A stretch of DNA of 64,000 bases from Spirochaetota bacterium (GTDB lineage Bacteria > Spirochaetota > B62-G9 > DRHN01), in the NCBI GenBank assembly GCA_016934265.1, contig JAFGTF010000041.1, positions 8,820 to 72,819 of the forward strand. Direction: 5' to 3'. Below the pieces are notes generated by a model. It did not search any database and had not been told where the DNA came from. It saw nothing but the letters and a program-made list of their open reading frames with translations. Made by a program: the position numbers and the translations under genes. Of the stretch, positions 9,718-19,709 are shown piece by piece. Numbering within the stretch: the stretch's first letter is position 1; the number at the start of each line of letters is the position of its first letter.

Positions 9718-11705
9718 CCCCGCTCACCCCCCTTCACTCTCTCGATCTCATCTCGAAAGGCTATCGCTCGTTCGTAGTCGAGGTTTTTCGACGCGTCGAG
9801 CATCTCTCTCTCGAGGTCCCTGATATACCTGTTCTTCTGAGAGGGGTCCAGCAGGTTGTACCTGCTTTGGATTATATCGAGATCACGAAAGGAGGCGTCC
9901 TCCTTCTGTTTCTTCTTCCTGTTCAGGATGTCCACCACGTTCTTCTTGATGCTCTCCGGAACGATTCCGTGTGCCCTGTTGTATTCCGCCTGCACCGCCC
10001 TGCGCCGATTCGTCTCCTCGATCGCTTCTCTCATCGCATTGCTTATGCGGTCCGCATACATGAGCACTTTCCCGTTCACGTTTCGCGCAGCCCTCCCCGC
10101 GGTCTGTATGAGCGAGGTCGAGGAGCGCAGGAAACCGGCCTTGTCGGCGTCCAGAATCGCCACGAGCGAAACCTCCGGAAGATCGAGCCCTTCGCGGAGG
10201 AGGTTTATTCCGACCAGCACGTCGAACTTGCCGGCCCTGAGGTCCCGCAGGATGTCCACACGCTCTATCGTCTCTATCTCCGAATGGAGGTAGGTTACCC
10301 TGATTCCCACCCTGGAGATGAAGCTCGAAAGGTCCTCCGCCATCCGTTTGGTGAGCGTCGTCACGAGGACGCGTTCCTTCTGCTTCACCCTTTTTCTGAT
10401 CTCTTCGATAAGATTATCGATCTGGTGGACCGATTCCCTGATCTCAATTTCCGGATCGAGGAGGCCGGTCGGCCTGATTACCTGCTTGGCGATCCTCCCG
10501 GACCTCTTTTTTTCGTATTCCGCGGGTGTCGCGGAGACGAAAATAACCTGTTTGACGAGACCCTCGAACTCCTCGAAATACAGGGGGCGGTTGTCGAGCG
10601 CAGAGGGCAGCCTGAACCCGTGCTCCACGAGCGAGCGTTTCCTCGACTGGTCCCCTTCGTACATGCCGCCGATCTGGGGAACGGTCACGTGCGACTCGTC
10701 GATGAACACGATATAGTCCTCGGGGAAATAGTCGAGCAGCACCATTGGACGCTCGCCCGCATCTCTCCCGAATATGTGCCGAGAATAGTTCTCGATTCCG
10801 TTGCAGTATCCGACCTCCCGAAGCATCTCCAGATCGTATTCGGTCCTGCTTTTGATCCGCTGCGCCTCGAGGAGCTTGTTTTTTGATACGAAGTACTCGT
10901 ACCGCTGTTCGAGCTCTTTCTCGATGCGTTCCACCGCCCCCCCAAGCGACCCCCGCTCCACCACGTAGTGGGTCGCCGGGTAGATGATGACGCCGTCACG
11001 CTCCTCCTCCGCCTCCCCGGTGAGCGGGTCGTACCAGCGTATCGACTCCACCTCGTCCCCGAAGAACTCTATCCTGACGGCGCGGCTTGCGTAGGAGGGA
11101 AACACCTCCATTACCTCGCCGCGCACCCTGAAGTTGGACCGTCCGAGCTCGTAGTCGTTTCGCGTGTACTGTATCTCGACGAGTTTTCGCAGAATACCGT
11201 CCCGTTCGTACTCTCTGTTCTTCTCCAAGACCACCCTCATCCGCCGGTATACGCGCGGGTTCCCCACGCCGTATATGCATGAGACCGTGGCAACCACGAT
11301 TACGTCCTCCCGCTCCATGAGCGCCGAGGTGGTGCTGAGCCTCATACGGTCTATCTCGTCGTTTATCGAAAAGTCCTTTTCTATGAAGGTGTCCGTCGCG
11401 GGCAGGTACGCCTCCGGCTGGTAGTAATCATAGTAGCTCACGAAGTACTCCACCGCATTGTCGGGAAAGAATGCCCTGAACTCCCGGTACAGCTGCGCCG
11501 CCAGGGTCTTGTTGTGTGAAATCACCAGGGCGGAACGGCCCGCCGCTTCTATCGTGCGCGCCATCGTATAGGTCTTCCCCGACCCCGTTATGCCGAGCAG
11601 CGTCTGGCAGGGAACGCCCTCCTCGAGGCCCCCGGTGAGCGTCCGGATAGCCTCCTCTTGATCCCCCTGCGGGCCGAACGGCGATTTGAGAAGAAACGAT
11701 GCCAT
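9714..11705 (-). CDS. uvrB: Excinuclease ABC subunit B
   Basis: LGITGSGKT, YYDYYQPEAY, DESHVT, GFRLPSALDNRPL, GINLLREGLD and C-terminal UVR domain. Confidence 0.98.
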   Translation of the reverse strand: MASFLLKSPFGPQGDQEEAIRTLTGGLEEGVPCQTLLGITGSGKTYTMARTIEAAGRSALVISHNKTLAAQLYREFRAFFPDNAVEYFVSYYDYYQPEAYLPATDTFIEKDFSINDEIDRMRLSTTSALMEREDVIVVATVSCIYGVGNPRVYRRMRVVLEKNREYERDGILRKLVEIQYTRNDYELGRSNFRVRGEVMEVFPSYASRAVRIEFFGDEVESIRWYDPLTGEAEEERDGVIIYPATHYVVERGSLGGAVERIEKELEQRYEYFVSKNKLLEAQRIKSRTEYDLEMLREVGYCNGIENYSRHIFGRDAGERPMVLLDYFPEDYIVFIDESHVTVPQIGGMYEGDQSRKRSLVEHGFRLPSALDNRPLYFEEFEGLVKQVIFVSATPAEYEKKRSGRIAKQVIRPTGLLDPEIEIRESVHQIDNLIEEIRKRVKQKERVLVTTLTKRMAEDLSSFISRVGIRVTYLHSEIETIERVDILRDLRAGKFDVLVGINLLREGLDLPEVSLVAILDADKAGFLRSSTSLIQTAGRAARNVNGKVLMYADRISNAMREAIEETNRRRAVQAEYNRAHGIVPESIKKNVVDILNRKKKQKEDASFRDLDIIQSRYNLLDPSQKNRYIRDLEREMLDASKNLDYERAIAFRDEIERVKGGERG

Positions 11706-11761
11706 GCAAAAAATCTACAGGGGCTTTTGGAAAAAGTCAAAACAACTCACGGCCCTGCCGG

Positions 11762-12397
11762 TCATAAAAGCCCATGTTCCCGAAAGCTGAAATATCCCTC
11801 TTTTGTTACGATGATGTGATCGACCAGCGCGATTCCTATGATGCGGGAAGCCTCGGACAGGTTCTTCGTAATCCGAACGTCCTCCGGGCTTGGGCCGAGT
11901 ATGCCCGCCGGATGGTTGTGCGCGACGATTATCTTGACCGCTCTCTCCTTTACCGCCTCGCAGAAGACCTCCCTCGGGTGAACGAGCGCCTGGTCCACGA
12001 GCCCCACCGTGATCACCCGGTTCGACAAAATTCTGTTCGCACCGTCCATATTGAGACACATGAAGCATTCCTGCGGTTTTTGTGCAAGAGAGAAAACGAA
12101 CGGCAGCACATCCCGCGCCTCCCTGATCGCCGGCGCCCCGCCGCCGGAAAGCCTGATTCCGAGCTCTACGATCGCGGCCACCGCGCATGCGCGCTCCTCA
12201 TCGAGGCCTTCAATACCGAGAAGCCGTCTGAAAAACGCCGCAAAATCCTTTCTGTACAGCCAGAGATTGACTGAAACGAACCTGAGCGTCTCCTCCGTCG
12301 TCTTGGAGCCGTTCGACCCCAGTACCGCTCTAAAAAGCTCGACGTCCTCTAAAGTAGAGGGGCCGCGGTGCAGGATCCTGTCTCTCAACGTTTCCAT
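11762..12397 (-). CDS. radC: RadC / JAB-domain protein
   Basis: VHPREVF, AHNHPAG..PSPED and DHIIV motifs. Confidence 0.92.
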   Translation of the reverse strand: METLRDRILHRGPSTLEDVELFRAVLGSNGSKTTEETLRFVSVNLWLYRKDFAAFFRRLLGIEGLDEERACAVAAIVELGIRLSGGGAPAIREARDVLPFVFSLAQKPQECFMCLNMDGANRILSNRVITVGLVDQALVHPREVFCEAVKERAVKIIVAHNHPAGILGPSPEDVRITKNLSEASRIIGIALVDHIIVTKEGYFSFREHGLL

Positions 12398-12447
12398 ATC
12401 GCTTTACCCAATGCCGTACTATATGAACACGGCGAAATAAAAAACTA

Positions 12448-12476
12448 TTGCATAATATCACGGGAAAAAATAGAAT
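12448..12476 (+). promoter_or_regulatory. Putative sigma70 promoter of the cyclase operon
   Basis: TTGCAT-17 bp-TAGAAT. Confidence 0.5.
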
Positions 12477-12518
12477 AATGGGTGAAATCCGCGAGTAAAG
12501 TCTTTACAGGGGCGGCGT

Positions 12519-14066
12519 ATGGAAAACATCATAGACGAGGTCGTACGCGCAGGTTTCGTCATCGCAAAGGGGCTCGATATAAAATCCTTTATCTCATCGC
12601 TCATCGATCAGATATTCGATATCAGCGGTTCGGATATTGCCTGTTTCTACACCATAGAGGGGCCGAACGTGCGTCTTCTCTACAGAAGGGGTAATTTCAA
12701 CGTTCCCGCGCGGTTCTCGTCGAATTCCGATCCGTTCGAGTTCGTGGTGGAATCGAACGAAACGGTCGTTCTCACGGAACGAAAACCGAGCTATTTCTCC
12801 TCGCTTTTTCTGCACGAGTCGATGAATTCGGGGGTCGTATCTCCCGTCGGAACGAGAGACAAGGTATACGGCTTCGTCGTTGTCAATTCGAGCCTGCCTT
12901 TTTTTTTCTCGCGAACCAGGCTTATGGGCGCGGAGGCGATCATCAAGCTTGCCGGCGAATACTTCCACAACTCCTTGCTGCACAATCAGCTCAAGGAGTA
13001 TACGAGGAGAATCGAAACGCTCGAGCGGTACCAGGAGCACATATTCTCCTCGATGACGAACATGCTCCTCACCACTGACACGGAGGGCCGTCTGCAGTAC
13101 TTCAACCGGGCCGCTCGTGACCGGTTCGCGCTCACCGAGGACGACAAGGAAAGGCGCGTTTCCGCGCTGTTTACCGGACGGCTGAGCAGAAAAATGGTGG
13201 GCGTTCTCGAAGATTCCATCGCCGGGGGCAAAGAGATCGTCGGCGCCGAGGGTATTTACAAGTCGGACGACACGGAGATGGATTTCTCCCTCAATACCTC
13301 GCCGCTTCTCAGCGCGAGGGGGAAAAAGGAGGGGCTCACCCTCATATTCACCGATCAGTCCAGGGAACGGGAGCTGGAAAAGCAGGTACGGAAGGTCAAG
13401 GAAGAGCGGAGGATGATAAAGGACATGTTTTCCCGCTACCTCTCCGAAGCGGTGGTTTCCAAGCTGGTGAAAAACCCGAATGTCGTCCACCTCGGCGGCG
13501 ACAAGAAGGATGCAACCGTGTTCTTCGCCGATATCAGGGGCTACACCTCGTTTTCCGAGGGGAAAGACCCGGAGTACATCATCAGCATTCTCAACCAGTA
13601 TTTCAGCGAGGCGGTCGAGATGATAATCCAAAGCGGCGGCTTCATCGACAAGTTCATCGGTGACTGTATCATGGCCGCGTGGGGCATACCGCTGAAGTCC
13701 GAGGAGGAGGATGCCCGGCTCGCCGTTTCGACCGCTCTGAAGATCCAGCGGGAGGTGAGCAACCCCAAACGGAAGTTCTTCAAAGAAGAAGCGGCCGGAC
13801 TCAGGATAGGGATCGGTATACACACGGGCCCGCTCGTGGCGGGGAACCTTGGATCGTCGAGACGTATCGACTATACCATAATCGGCGATACCGTGAATAT
13901 CGCCTCCCGGCTCGAAGGCATCGCCGGACCGGATGAGATCATAATAACGGAAAACACCATGCGATTGCTGGGAAAAGGTTTCAAGCTCGAGCGGCAAAGC
14001 CCCGTACGAGTCAAGGGGAAGAAAGAACCGCTCAACATATACAAAGTTCTCAAAAAGGTGGGATAA
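12519..14066 (+). CDS. Class III adenylate/guanylate cyclase with GAF and PAS domains
   Basis: FADIRGYT, DKFIGDCIMA, GIGIHTG, DYTIIGDTVNIASRLE and VKGK. The Lys/Asp specificity residues suggest ATP use. Confidence 0.92.
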   Translation: MENIIDEVVRAGFVIAKGLDIKSFISSLIDQIFDISGSDIACFYTIEGPNVRLLYRRGNFNVPARFSSNSDPFEFVVESNETVVLTERKPSYFSSLFLHESMNSGVVSPVGTRDKVYGFVVVNSSLPFFFSRTRLMGAEAIIKLAGEYFHNSLLHNQLKEYTRRIETLERYQEHIFSSMTNMLLTTDTEGRLQYFNRAARDRFALTEDDKERRVSALFTGRLSRKMVGVLEDSIAGGKEIVGAEGIYKSDDTEMDFSLNTSPLLSARGKKEGLTLIFTDQSRERELEKQVRKVKEERRMIKDMFSRYLSEAVVSKLVKNPNVVHLGGDKKDATVFFADIRGYTSFSEGKDPEYIISILNQYFSEAVEMIIQSGGFIDKFIGDCIMAAWGIPLKSEEEDARLAVSTALKIQREVSNPKRKFFKEEAAGLRIGIGIHTGPLVAGNLGSSRRIDYTIIGDTVNIASRLEGIAGPDEIIITENTMRLLGKGFKLERQSPVRVKGKKEPLNIYKVLKKVG

Positions 14067-14069
14067 TAA

Positions 14070-16631
14070 ATGGATACGATACTGTCGTTCTTTGCCTCGC
14101 TCGATCCGAGCCTGCGGTACGCCGTCTTCGGACTTGCGGGGGTAGGTGCGGTCGTCTGGGTCGTTTGCTACGTCGTTCTTCACGGAAGGCTTCTTAGGCG
14201 CCTGAAAAAAGCCTTCGAGGAACAGCTCTCGCTCACGCCCGAGGTGCCGGCAAAAAAACTCTGCCGCAAGGCGCGGCTCATCTCGAAGCTCCTGAAGCAA
14301 ACGGACGAAACGAATAGAACAGAGCTCCTCGGCAAGACCGGCATCGCCGGTGCATGGGCGTCCTCTCTCGAGCACTCCTGCAAAAGCGCCGCTTTTAAGA
14401 GGGTGCTGGACCAGTACCTCGCAGAAGGGCTCTTCTACTGCTTCAAATGCGCCCTGAAAAGAAAACGCTACAAGAAGCGGCTTCTTTCCTGGATATCGCA
14501 CAACGAAACGCGACTACCGATTCAGGACATCGCACACTCGGGCAACGGCGAAGACTTCGACGGCGGGCAGGCGGCTGTATTGCTCGCTTCGCACTCCGAG
14601 GAGATCAGAAGCATGCTCGGAGACCCGAGCTGGAGGGGGAGGTTTTTCGCCATGAAGGTGCTGCTGCAGACGGCTGACGAGAACATTCTGCGCGAGCTCT
14701 CGGACCTCTTTTTCGACACGAGCCCCGTTATCAGGAAAAAGATGATAGAGGAGTTCAAACCCCTTTCCGAGCGCGAAAAAGAGGCCCTTTCAAGAATCAT
14801 CCTGAACGACCCGAACGACGAGGTGCGTGCACAAGCGGTGAGCCGCTACCGCAAGGAATACGGCTCTCTTTTTGAGACAGACACCCAGAAACTGAACCCC
14901 GAGGAGACCCTCCACCTCATCGGCGCGCTCAGGACGGGTAACAGGGACGACGAGGCGCTCGCAACGGAGCTTGTACTGAGCGAGAACCTCGAGGTACGCT
15001 TCCATGCCGCCCGCTATCTTTCGCGATCCGGCGCCCTCTCACGCTACTGCCGCAATCTCGATATCGGGGACAAGAAGGACTTTGCGCACAAGAGCAGGAT
15101 AATGAAGGCCGCGGCGTCTGTCGGTGTCACCCGGTTTCTGAAAGACTGTATCGGCGATGACACCCGCGAGAGCCTTCTGGTCGCGGCGACTATTCTCGCG
15201 GAGTCCGGCGATCGCGCGCTCATTCCAGATCTCATGAAAAAGGCCTCGGAAAGCGAGTGGGGCGACGTATACGGACAGTCCGTCCGTGCTGCGGTGAAAC
15301 GAGGAACCCTGCAGGCTAAGGCGCTGTTGTGCGTCGAGCTCAAAAAGAGGCTCGATGACCGCGAGCTTCTCGTGGATCTCATCCAGCAGGTGACCGCGTT
15401 AGACGACGCCATGTTTATCGACCCTCTTATACACATACTCGACCGACGGGGCGACGTGACGGACATTACCTGCAAGGCGCTCCTCACGAAAAACAGCGAT
15501 GTGCTCACGGAACGATGCATCGACGTCCTTCTAAGCGATGACGGCACGCACTCCGTCAGGCTGAAGACCCAAAGTCTCATTTTACTCGCCTCGCTCAAAA
15601 AGGAGTACTGCCTCTCTGTAGTATTCGAACACCTCCCGGTGCTGCCCGTGGAGCTCATGAACGAGCTCGCGGACATACTACGGATGTATCCGAAAACGGT
15701 ACTTAAAAAGAAGATGGGCTACTACCTCGCGCAGGCGGACGGAGACGTTCGATCGCATATCATCGCCCTCATACCGAAGACGGGGATCAAAGATTTCCTC
15801 CCGGAAGTAAAGCGGGCCTTGAACGATGCGGACCCTCTGGTACGGATAGCGGCTACCTACGCGCTTGCCGAGATGGAAGACAGCCGGTCTTTGTCCCAGG
15901 CGGTCTCTCTTCTTCGCGACCCGCTTCCCGAGGTCAGAGAGCAGGTCGCGTTCGCACTCGGCAGGACGGGAAAGCCGGGGGTCTTAAAGGAGTTCGAGAG
16001 GATCTTCAACGACAAAAACGAGGTTGTTTCGGTAAAACGTTCAATCATACGGGGCTTAGGCGAATCCATGTGCGTCGCCTGTACCGGCCTTCTCCTCGAC
16101 TTTCTCGAGAAAGACGGGCATCTCTCCGACGAGATAGTCGAGCTTCTGAAGACGCATATACCCAAGGCGAATATCACCGTGATTCTCGAACGTATGAAGG
16201 ATGCAAGCGACAAGCAGAAAGAGAAAATATCGCGAGTGCTTTCACGTATGGGGCTTTCGGCAAAGCCCGCGCTCGTGGAGCTCTTGGAGTCGGAGTTCAT
16301 GTCGTTGAAGACACACGCCGGCATGGTGCTCGATTCGGTGGGGGGAACGGACGAAGAGATAATAAAGCTCAAGCACAGAGATCCTGCGGTCAGACGCGAG
16401 GCGGCCAGGACGCTTTCCCTCATCGGTACTGTCAAGGCCTTCAGGGGATTGATAATGGCGTCGCGGGACCCCGACAGGGAGGTCCGGGTCAATGTGGTGA
16501 AGGCGCTCGAGAAGCTTGAGACGAAAGAGGGCAAGCAGATCTTAAAGACGCTCGAGCAAGATCCCGACTTGAAGATCAGGAAGTACACCCACTGGGCGAT
16601 GGAACGTCTCAAGGCAAAGGAGCTTGTCTGA
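14070..16631 (+). CDS. Membrane-anchored HEAT-repeat protein
   Basis: N-terminal TM and many L.D....VR..A..AL repeats. 3 bp after the cyclase. Confidence 0.85.
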   Translation: MDTILSFFASLDPSLRYAVFGLAGVGAVVWVVCYVVLHGRLLRRLKKAFEEQLSLTPEVPAKKLCRKARLISKLLKQTDETNRTELLGKTGIAGAWASSLEHSCKSAAFKRVLDQYLAEGLFYCFKCALKRKRYKKRLLSWISHNETRLPIQDIAHSGNGEDFDGGQAAVLLASHSEEIRSMLGDPSWRGRFFAMKVLLQTADENILRELSDLFFDTSPVIRKKMIEEFKPLSEREKEALSRIILNDPNDEVRAQAVSRYRKEYGSLFETDTQKLNPEETLHLIGALRTGNRDDEALATELVLSENLEVRFHAARYLSRSGALSRYCRNLDIGDKKDFAHKSRIMKAAASVGVTRFLKDCIGDDTRESLLVAATILAESGDRALIPDLMKKASESEWGDVYGQSVRAAVKRGTLQAKALLCVELKKRLDDRELLVDLIQQVTALDDAMFIDPLIHILDRRGDVTDITCKALLTKNSDVLTERCIDVLLSDDGTHSVRLKTQSLILLASLKKEYCLSVVFEHLPVLPVELMNELADILRMYPKTVLKKKMGYYLAQADGDVRSHIIALIPKTGIKDFLPEVKRALNDADPLVRIAATYALAEMEDSRSLSQAVSLLRDPLPEVREQVAFALGRTGKPGVLKEFERIFNDKNEVVSVKRSIIRGLGESMCVACTGLLLDFLEKDGHLSDEIVELLKTHIPKANITVILERMKDASDKQKEKISRVLSRMGLSAKPALVELLESEFMSLKTHAGMVLDSVGGTDEEIIKLKHRDPAVRREAARTLSLIGTVKAFRGLIMASRDPDREVRVNVVKALEKLETKEGKQILKTLEQDPDLKIRKYTHWAMERLKAKELV

Positions 16632-16709
16632 TCCATAATTAAATCTTATGGAAGGGCCGTTGCTATAAGTAGATTTTATAGTCCCTTTTTTCGCCTTTCT
16701 TTACATACC

Positions 16710-16718
16710 TGCTATAAT
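16710..16718 (+). promoter_or_regulatory. Extended -10 promoter for tctC
   Basis: TGCTATAAT, followed by AGGAGG RBS and ATG at 16761. Confidence 0.5.
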
Positions 16719-16760
16719 GGAGTAGATTTGGTTTACTTTCATAGCAGGAGGAAACGTACG

Positions 16761-17732
16761 ATGAAGGGAAGAAAACTACTGGTACCGGTTCTTGTCTGTT
16801 CGTTACTCGTTTTGTTTTCCCTCTCCGCTTCACTGCTTCTAGGAGAAGACAATTTCCCGAAAAAGAACATCACCTACATTATTCCGTTTAACCCCGGCGG
16901 GCAGTCGGATATCACCGCCCAGTATCAGAAGGAGGACCTAAGAAAGGCCCTTGGCGTGAATGTAATAATACAGTACATGCCCGGTGCGGGCGGTGCCGTT
17001 GCATGGTCGAAGCTCGTAAAGACGAAGGCCGACGGCTACACGATTTCCGGCAACAACATTCCCCACATAATCATTCAGCCGCTCGTGAGGGACAACGCCG
17101 GATACAAAACCGAAGAGCTAGAACCCATATACTGTTTCCAGACGACGCCGATCGGTCTCGCTGTACTGAACGACTCGCAGTTCAAAACGCTCGATGGTCT
17201 TATCTCCTATGCCAAGAGCCATCCGGGCGAGATTACCATAGGCGGCTCCGGTACGCACAGCGGGCATCATCTTGCCCTGCTCCAGCTCCAGAAGCTTACG
17301 GGTACCAAGTTCACTTATATTCCTTCCACTGGCGCCGCACCGTCGGTAGCGAACTTCCTCGGCGGACACACGACGGCGCTATTCGCGAACTCCAATGATC
17401 TGTACACACACAAAGACAAGATCAAAATCCTCGCAATCGGGACCGACGACCGGTTCGGCCCGCTTCCGGGAGCTCCGACGTTCAAGGAGCTCGGCGTCCC
17501 GATGACCGCCGGCATCGACCGTGGCGTCTGCGTTCCTCCCGGGACACCCCAGGACATAAAAAAGATCCTTGAAGATGCGTTCGCACGGGTCTGTAAATCT
17601 CCCGCGTTCGTCAACAAGATGGAGGAGCTCGGGTTTCTCGTACGCCAGATGAGGGGGGCCGAGTTCGAACGGTATATAGTCGAGAAGGAAAAAGAGATCA
17701 CAGAGACGTTGAAGGAGCTTGGTGAACTTTAG
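16761..17732 (+). CDS. tctC: Tripartite tricarboxylate transporter substrate-binding protein
   Basis: Signal peptide; FP.K.I..IIPF.PGG..D, PGAGGA, ADGYT and PTFKELG motifs. Confidence 0.92.
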   Translation: MKGRKLLVPVLVCSLLVLFSLSASLLLGEDNFPKKNITYIIPFNPGGQSDITAQYQKEDLRKALGVNVIIQYMPGAGGAVAWSKLVKTKADGYTISGNNIPHIIIQPLVRDNAGYKTEELEPIYCFQTTPIGLAVLNDSQFKTLDGLISYAKSHPGEITIGGSGTHSGHHLALLQLQKLTGTKFTYIPSTGAAPSVANFLGGHTTALFANSNDLYTHKDKIKILAIGTDDRFGPLPGAPTFKELGVPMTAGIDRGVCVPPGTPQDIKKILEDAFARVCKSPAFVNKMEELGFLVRQMRGAEFERYIVEKEKEITETLKELGEL

Positions 17733-18011
17733 CTCTTTGAGCTAAAGTTCAATGCAGAATCGACTTAATCCTCGATTCTGCACGAGAGTTTATAGCTCTT
17801 TCGAGCTATAACTCGGCTTATTGATAGCCACCGCTATCAATCGCTTGCAGAAGCGATCATTCGATCCCTTCTGCACGGTGTGTGCCTTTTTATTTCAAAG
17901 TGCGCTTCGTAGCTGACGCTACAACTCGCTTGTAGAAGAGTTCTATCGAACTCTTCTACGGCGTATGTTTCTCATTGTAAAGGGGGCTGTAGCTCTTAGA
18001 GCTCTTCTGCA
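17723..18011. repeat. Array of ~8 palindromic hairpins of two alternating types (REP/BIME-like)
   Basis: Type A (..TAGC-loop-GCTA..) at 17723, 17786, 17820, 17909. Type B (TGCAGAA..TTCTGCA or GTAGAA..TTCTAC) at 17753, 17846, 17932. Chimeric unit near 17989-18011. Confidence 0.75.
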
Positions 18012-18194
18012 TGAAATGTGCTTTTTTTTTTAATAATTGGATTGAAGCTTTTCGATCCATGTCTTGGTCGCACAATATTTCGGGAAGAAACCCGGTTGCG
18101 TGATGAAACTCGTGAAGTGTAAATAGTTCGTATGGGGAGCAAGGCTGTTTAGCGCTTTTTCCCCGTTCTACCTACGTAAATACCGATTAATGCT

Positions 18195-19709
18195 ATGGGA
18201 ACACATTTACTGCAAGCGCTCGGCAATCTCACACACCCGCTGAACATCCTTTTTATGATCGTCGGCGTTGGGGCCGGCATCGTGGTCGGCGCCCTTCCGG
18301 GACTCACCGCCACGATGGCGATCGCGCTGCTGGTGCCGTTCACCTTTACCATGCCCGCCGTTCACGGACTCGTGCTACTCGGCGGCATATACTGCGGCGC
18401 AATCTACGGCGGGTGCTTCAGCGCGATACTGATAAACACGCCCGGAACGCCCTCGGCGATCGCGACGACTTTCGACGGCTATCCCATGGCCAAGAAGGGG
18501 GACGCCTACCGGGCGATCGTAACGGCGACGATTTCCTCCGTAATCGGGGGACTCATAGGCGTCGCGTTTCTACTGTTTCTCTCACCGCCGCTCTCGAAGG
18601 CCTCGTTGAAGTTCGGTCCGCCCGAGTTCTTCTGGCTTACCGCATTCGGTCTCACCATCATTGCTACCCTTTCCTCGAAATCGATCCTGAAAGGGCTCAT
18701 AGGCGGCGCCTTCGGGCTGCTCATCAGCTCCATCGGCATCGCCCCCATCGAGGGGAGCGTCCGTTTCACCTTCGGAATCGTGAGTCTTCAGGACGGCATC
18801 GGTCTGATCCCCGCCCTCATCGGCTTCTTCTGCATCCCGGAGGTGCTCGCGATGATCGGGCGAAGGCACCAGCAATACAGCATTATCCCGTACAGGAAGC
18901 AGCGGAAAGTCGTGCTCGGTGTGCTGTTGAAGCTTCTCAAGAAGCCGTTTCTTCTGCTCCGATCCGCCGTCATCGGAACGATCGTCGGAATAATCCCAGG
19001 GGCTGGGGGAAACATCGCGAGCATGGTATCGTACAACGAGGCGGTACGGGCAAGCAAGTACCCGGACAAATACGGGCGCGGAATCATCGAAGGTGTCGCT
19101 GCCGCCGAAACCGCGAACAACGCCGAGGTCTCGGGTTCTCTTATTCCGCTTCTGACGCTCGGCATACCGGGCGCACCCCCAGCCGCTGTACTGCTCGGTG
19201 CGCTGCTGCTTCACGGTATGCGACCGGGTCCTGAGCTCTTCACCTATCACGGAAGCGTCACCTACACCTTCATCGTGTCACTCATCTTCGCGAACCTCCT
19301 CATGCTTCCCATGGGTATTTTCTCGGGCAAGATGATCTCCAAAATCATCACAACCATCCCGATCGCATTTCTCGCGCCGTTCGTCGTCTTTTTATCGGTA
19401 ATAGGCTCGTATGCGATCAACAACAATATGTTCGACGTGTATGTAATGATTTTCTTCGGGCTTGTCGGCTATATAGGCAGAAAGGCGGGTTTCGACGCGG
19501 GACCGATCGTGCTCGGCATCATTCTCGGAAAAATATGCGAGCAGGGCCTCGTACAGTCGATTCTCATGGGAAAGGCCGCCGGCTCGCTGTTCGAGGTGTT
19601 CTTCACGCGGCCGATATCCCTTATACTCATACTGCTCACCATCGTATCCGCCGCCTGGCCGTATATACGAAAGCTCATTGCCGGAACAAAGAGATATGCG
19701 AAACGCTGA
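18195..19709 (+). CDS. tctA: Tripartite tricarboxylate transporter permease
   Basis: GALPGL, YGG..SAILINTPGTP, DGYPMA, AETANNA and LTLGIPG motifs. Confidence 0.95.
   Translation: MGTHLLQALGNLTHPLNILFMIVGVGAGIVVGALPGLTATMAIALLVPFTFTMPAVHGLVLLGGIYCGAIYGGCFSAILINTPGTPSAIATTFDGYPMAKKGDAYRAIVTATISSVIGGLIGVAFLLFLSPPLSKASLKFGPPEFFWLTAFGLTIIATLSSKSILKGLIGGAFGLLISSIGIAPIEGSVRFTFGIVSLQDGIGLIPALIGFFCIPEVLAMIGRRHQQYSIIPYRKQRKVVLGVLLKLLKKPFLLLRSAVIGTIVGIIPGAGGNIASMVSYNEAVRASKYPDKYGRGIIEGVAAAETANNAEVSGSLIPLLTLGIPGAPPAAVLLGALLLHGMRPGPELFTYHGSVTYTFIVSLIFANLLMLPMGIFSGKMISKIITTIPIAFLAPFVVFLSVIGSYAINNNMFDVYVMIFFGLVGYIGRKAGFDAGPIVLGIILGKICEQGLVQSILMGKAAGSLFEVFFTRPISLILILLTIVSAAWPYIRKLIAGTKRYAKR

Noticed and set aside
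12594-14501. Long antisense ORFs (635 aa here; also 9585-10886, 25227-26939, 4406-5547)
   Set aside because: They are shadow ORFs opposite well-supported genes in GC-rich DNA and show no recognisable motifs.
17982-18003. GGGGCTGTAGCTC resembling the 5' end of tRNA-Ala
   Set aside because: No D-loop, anticodon arm, TTCGA T-loop or acceptor complement follows. It is part of the hairpin array.
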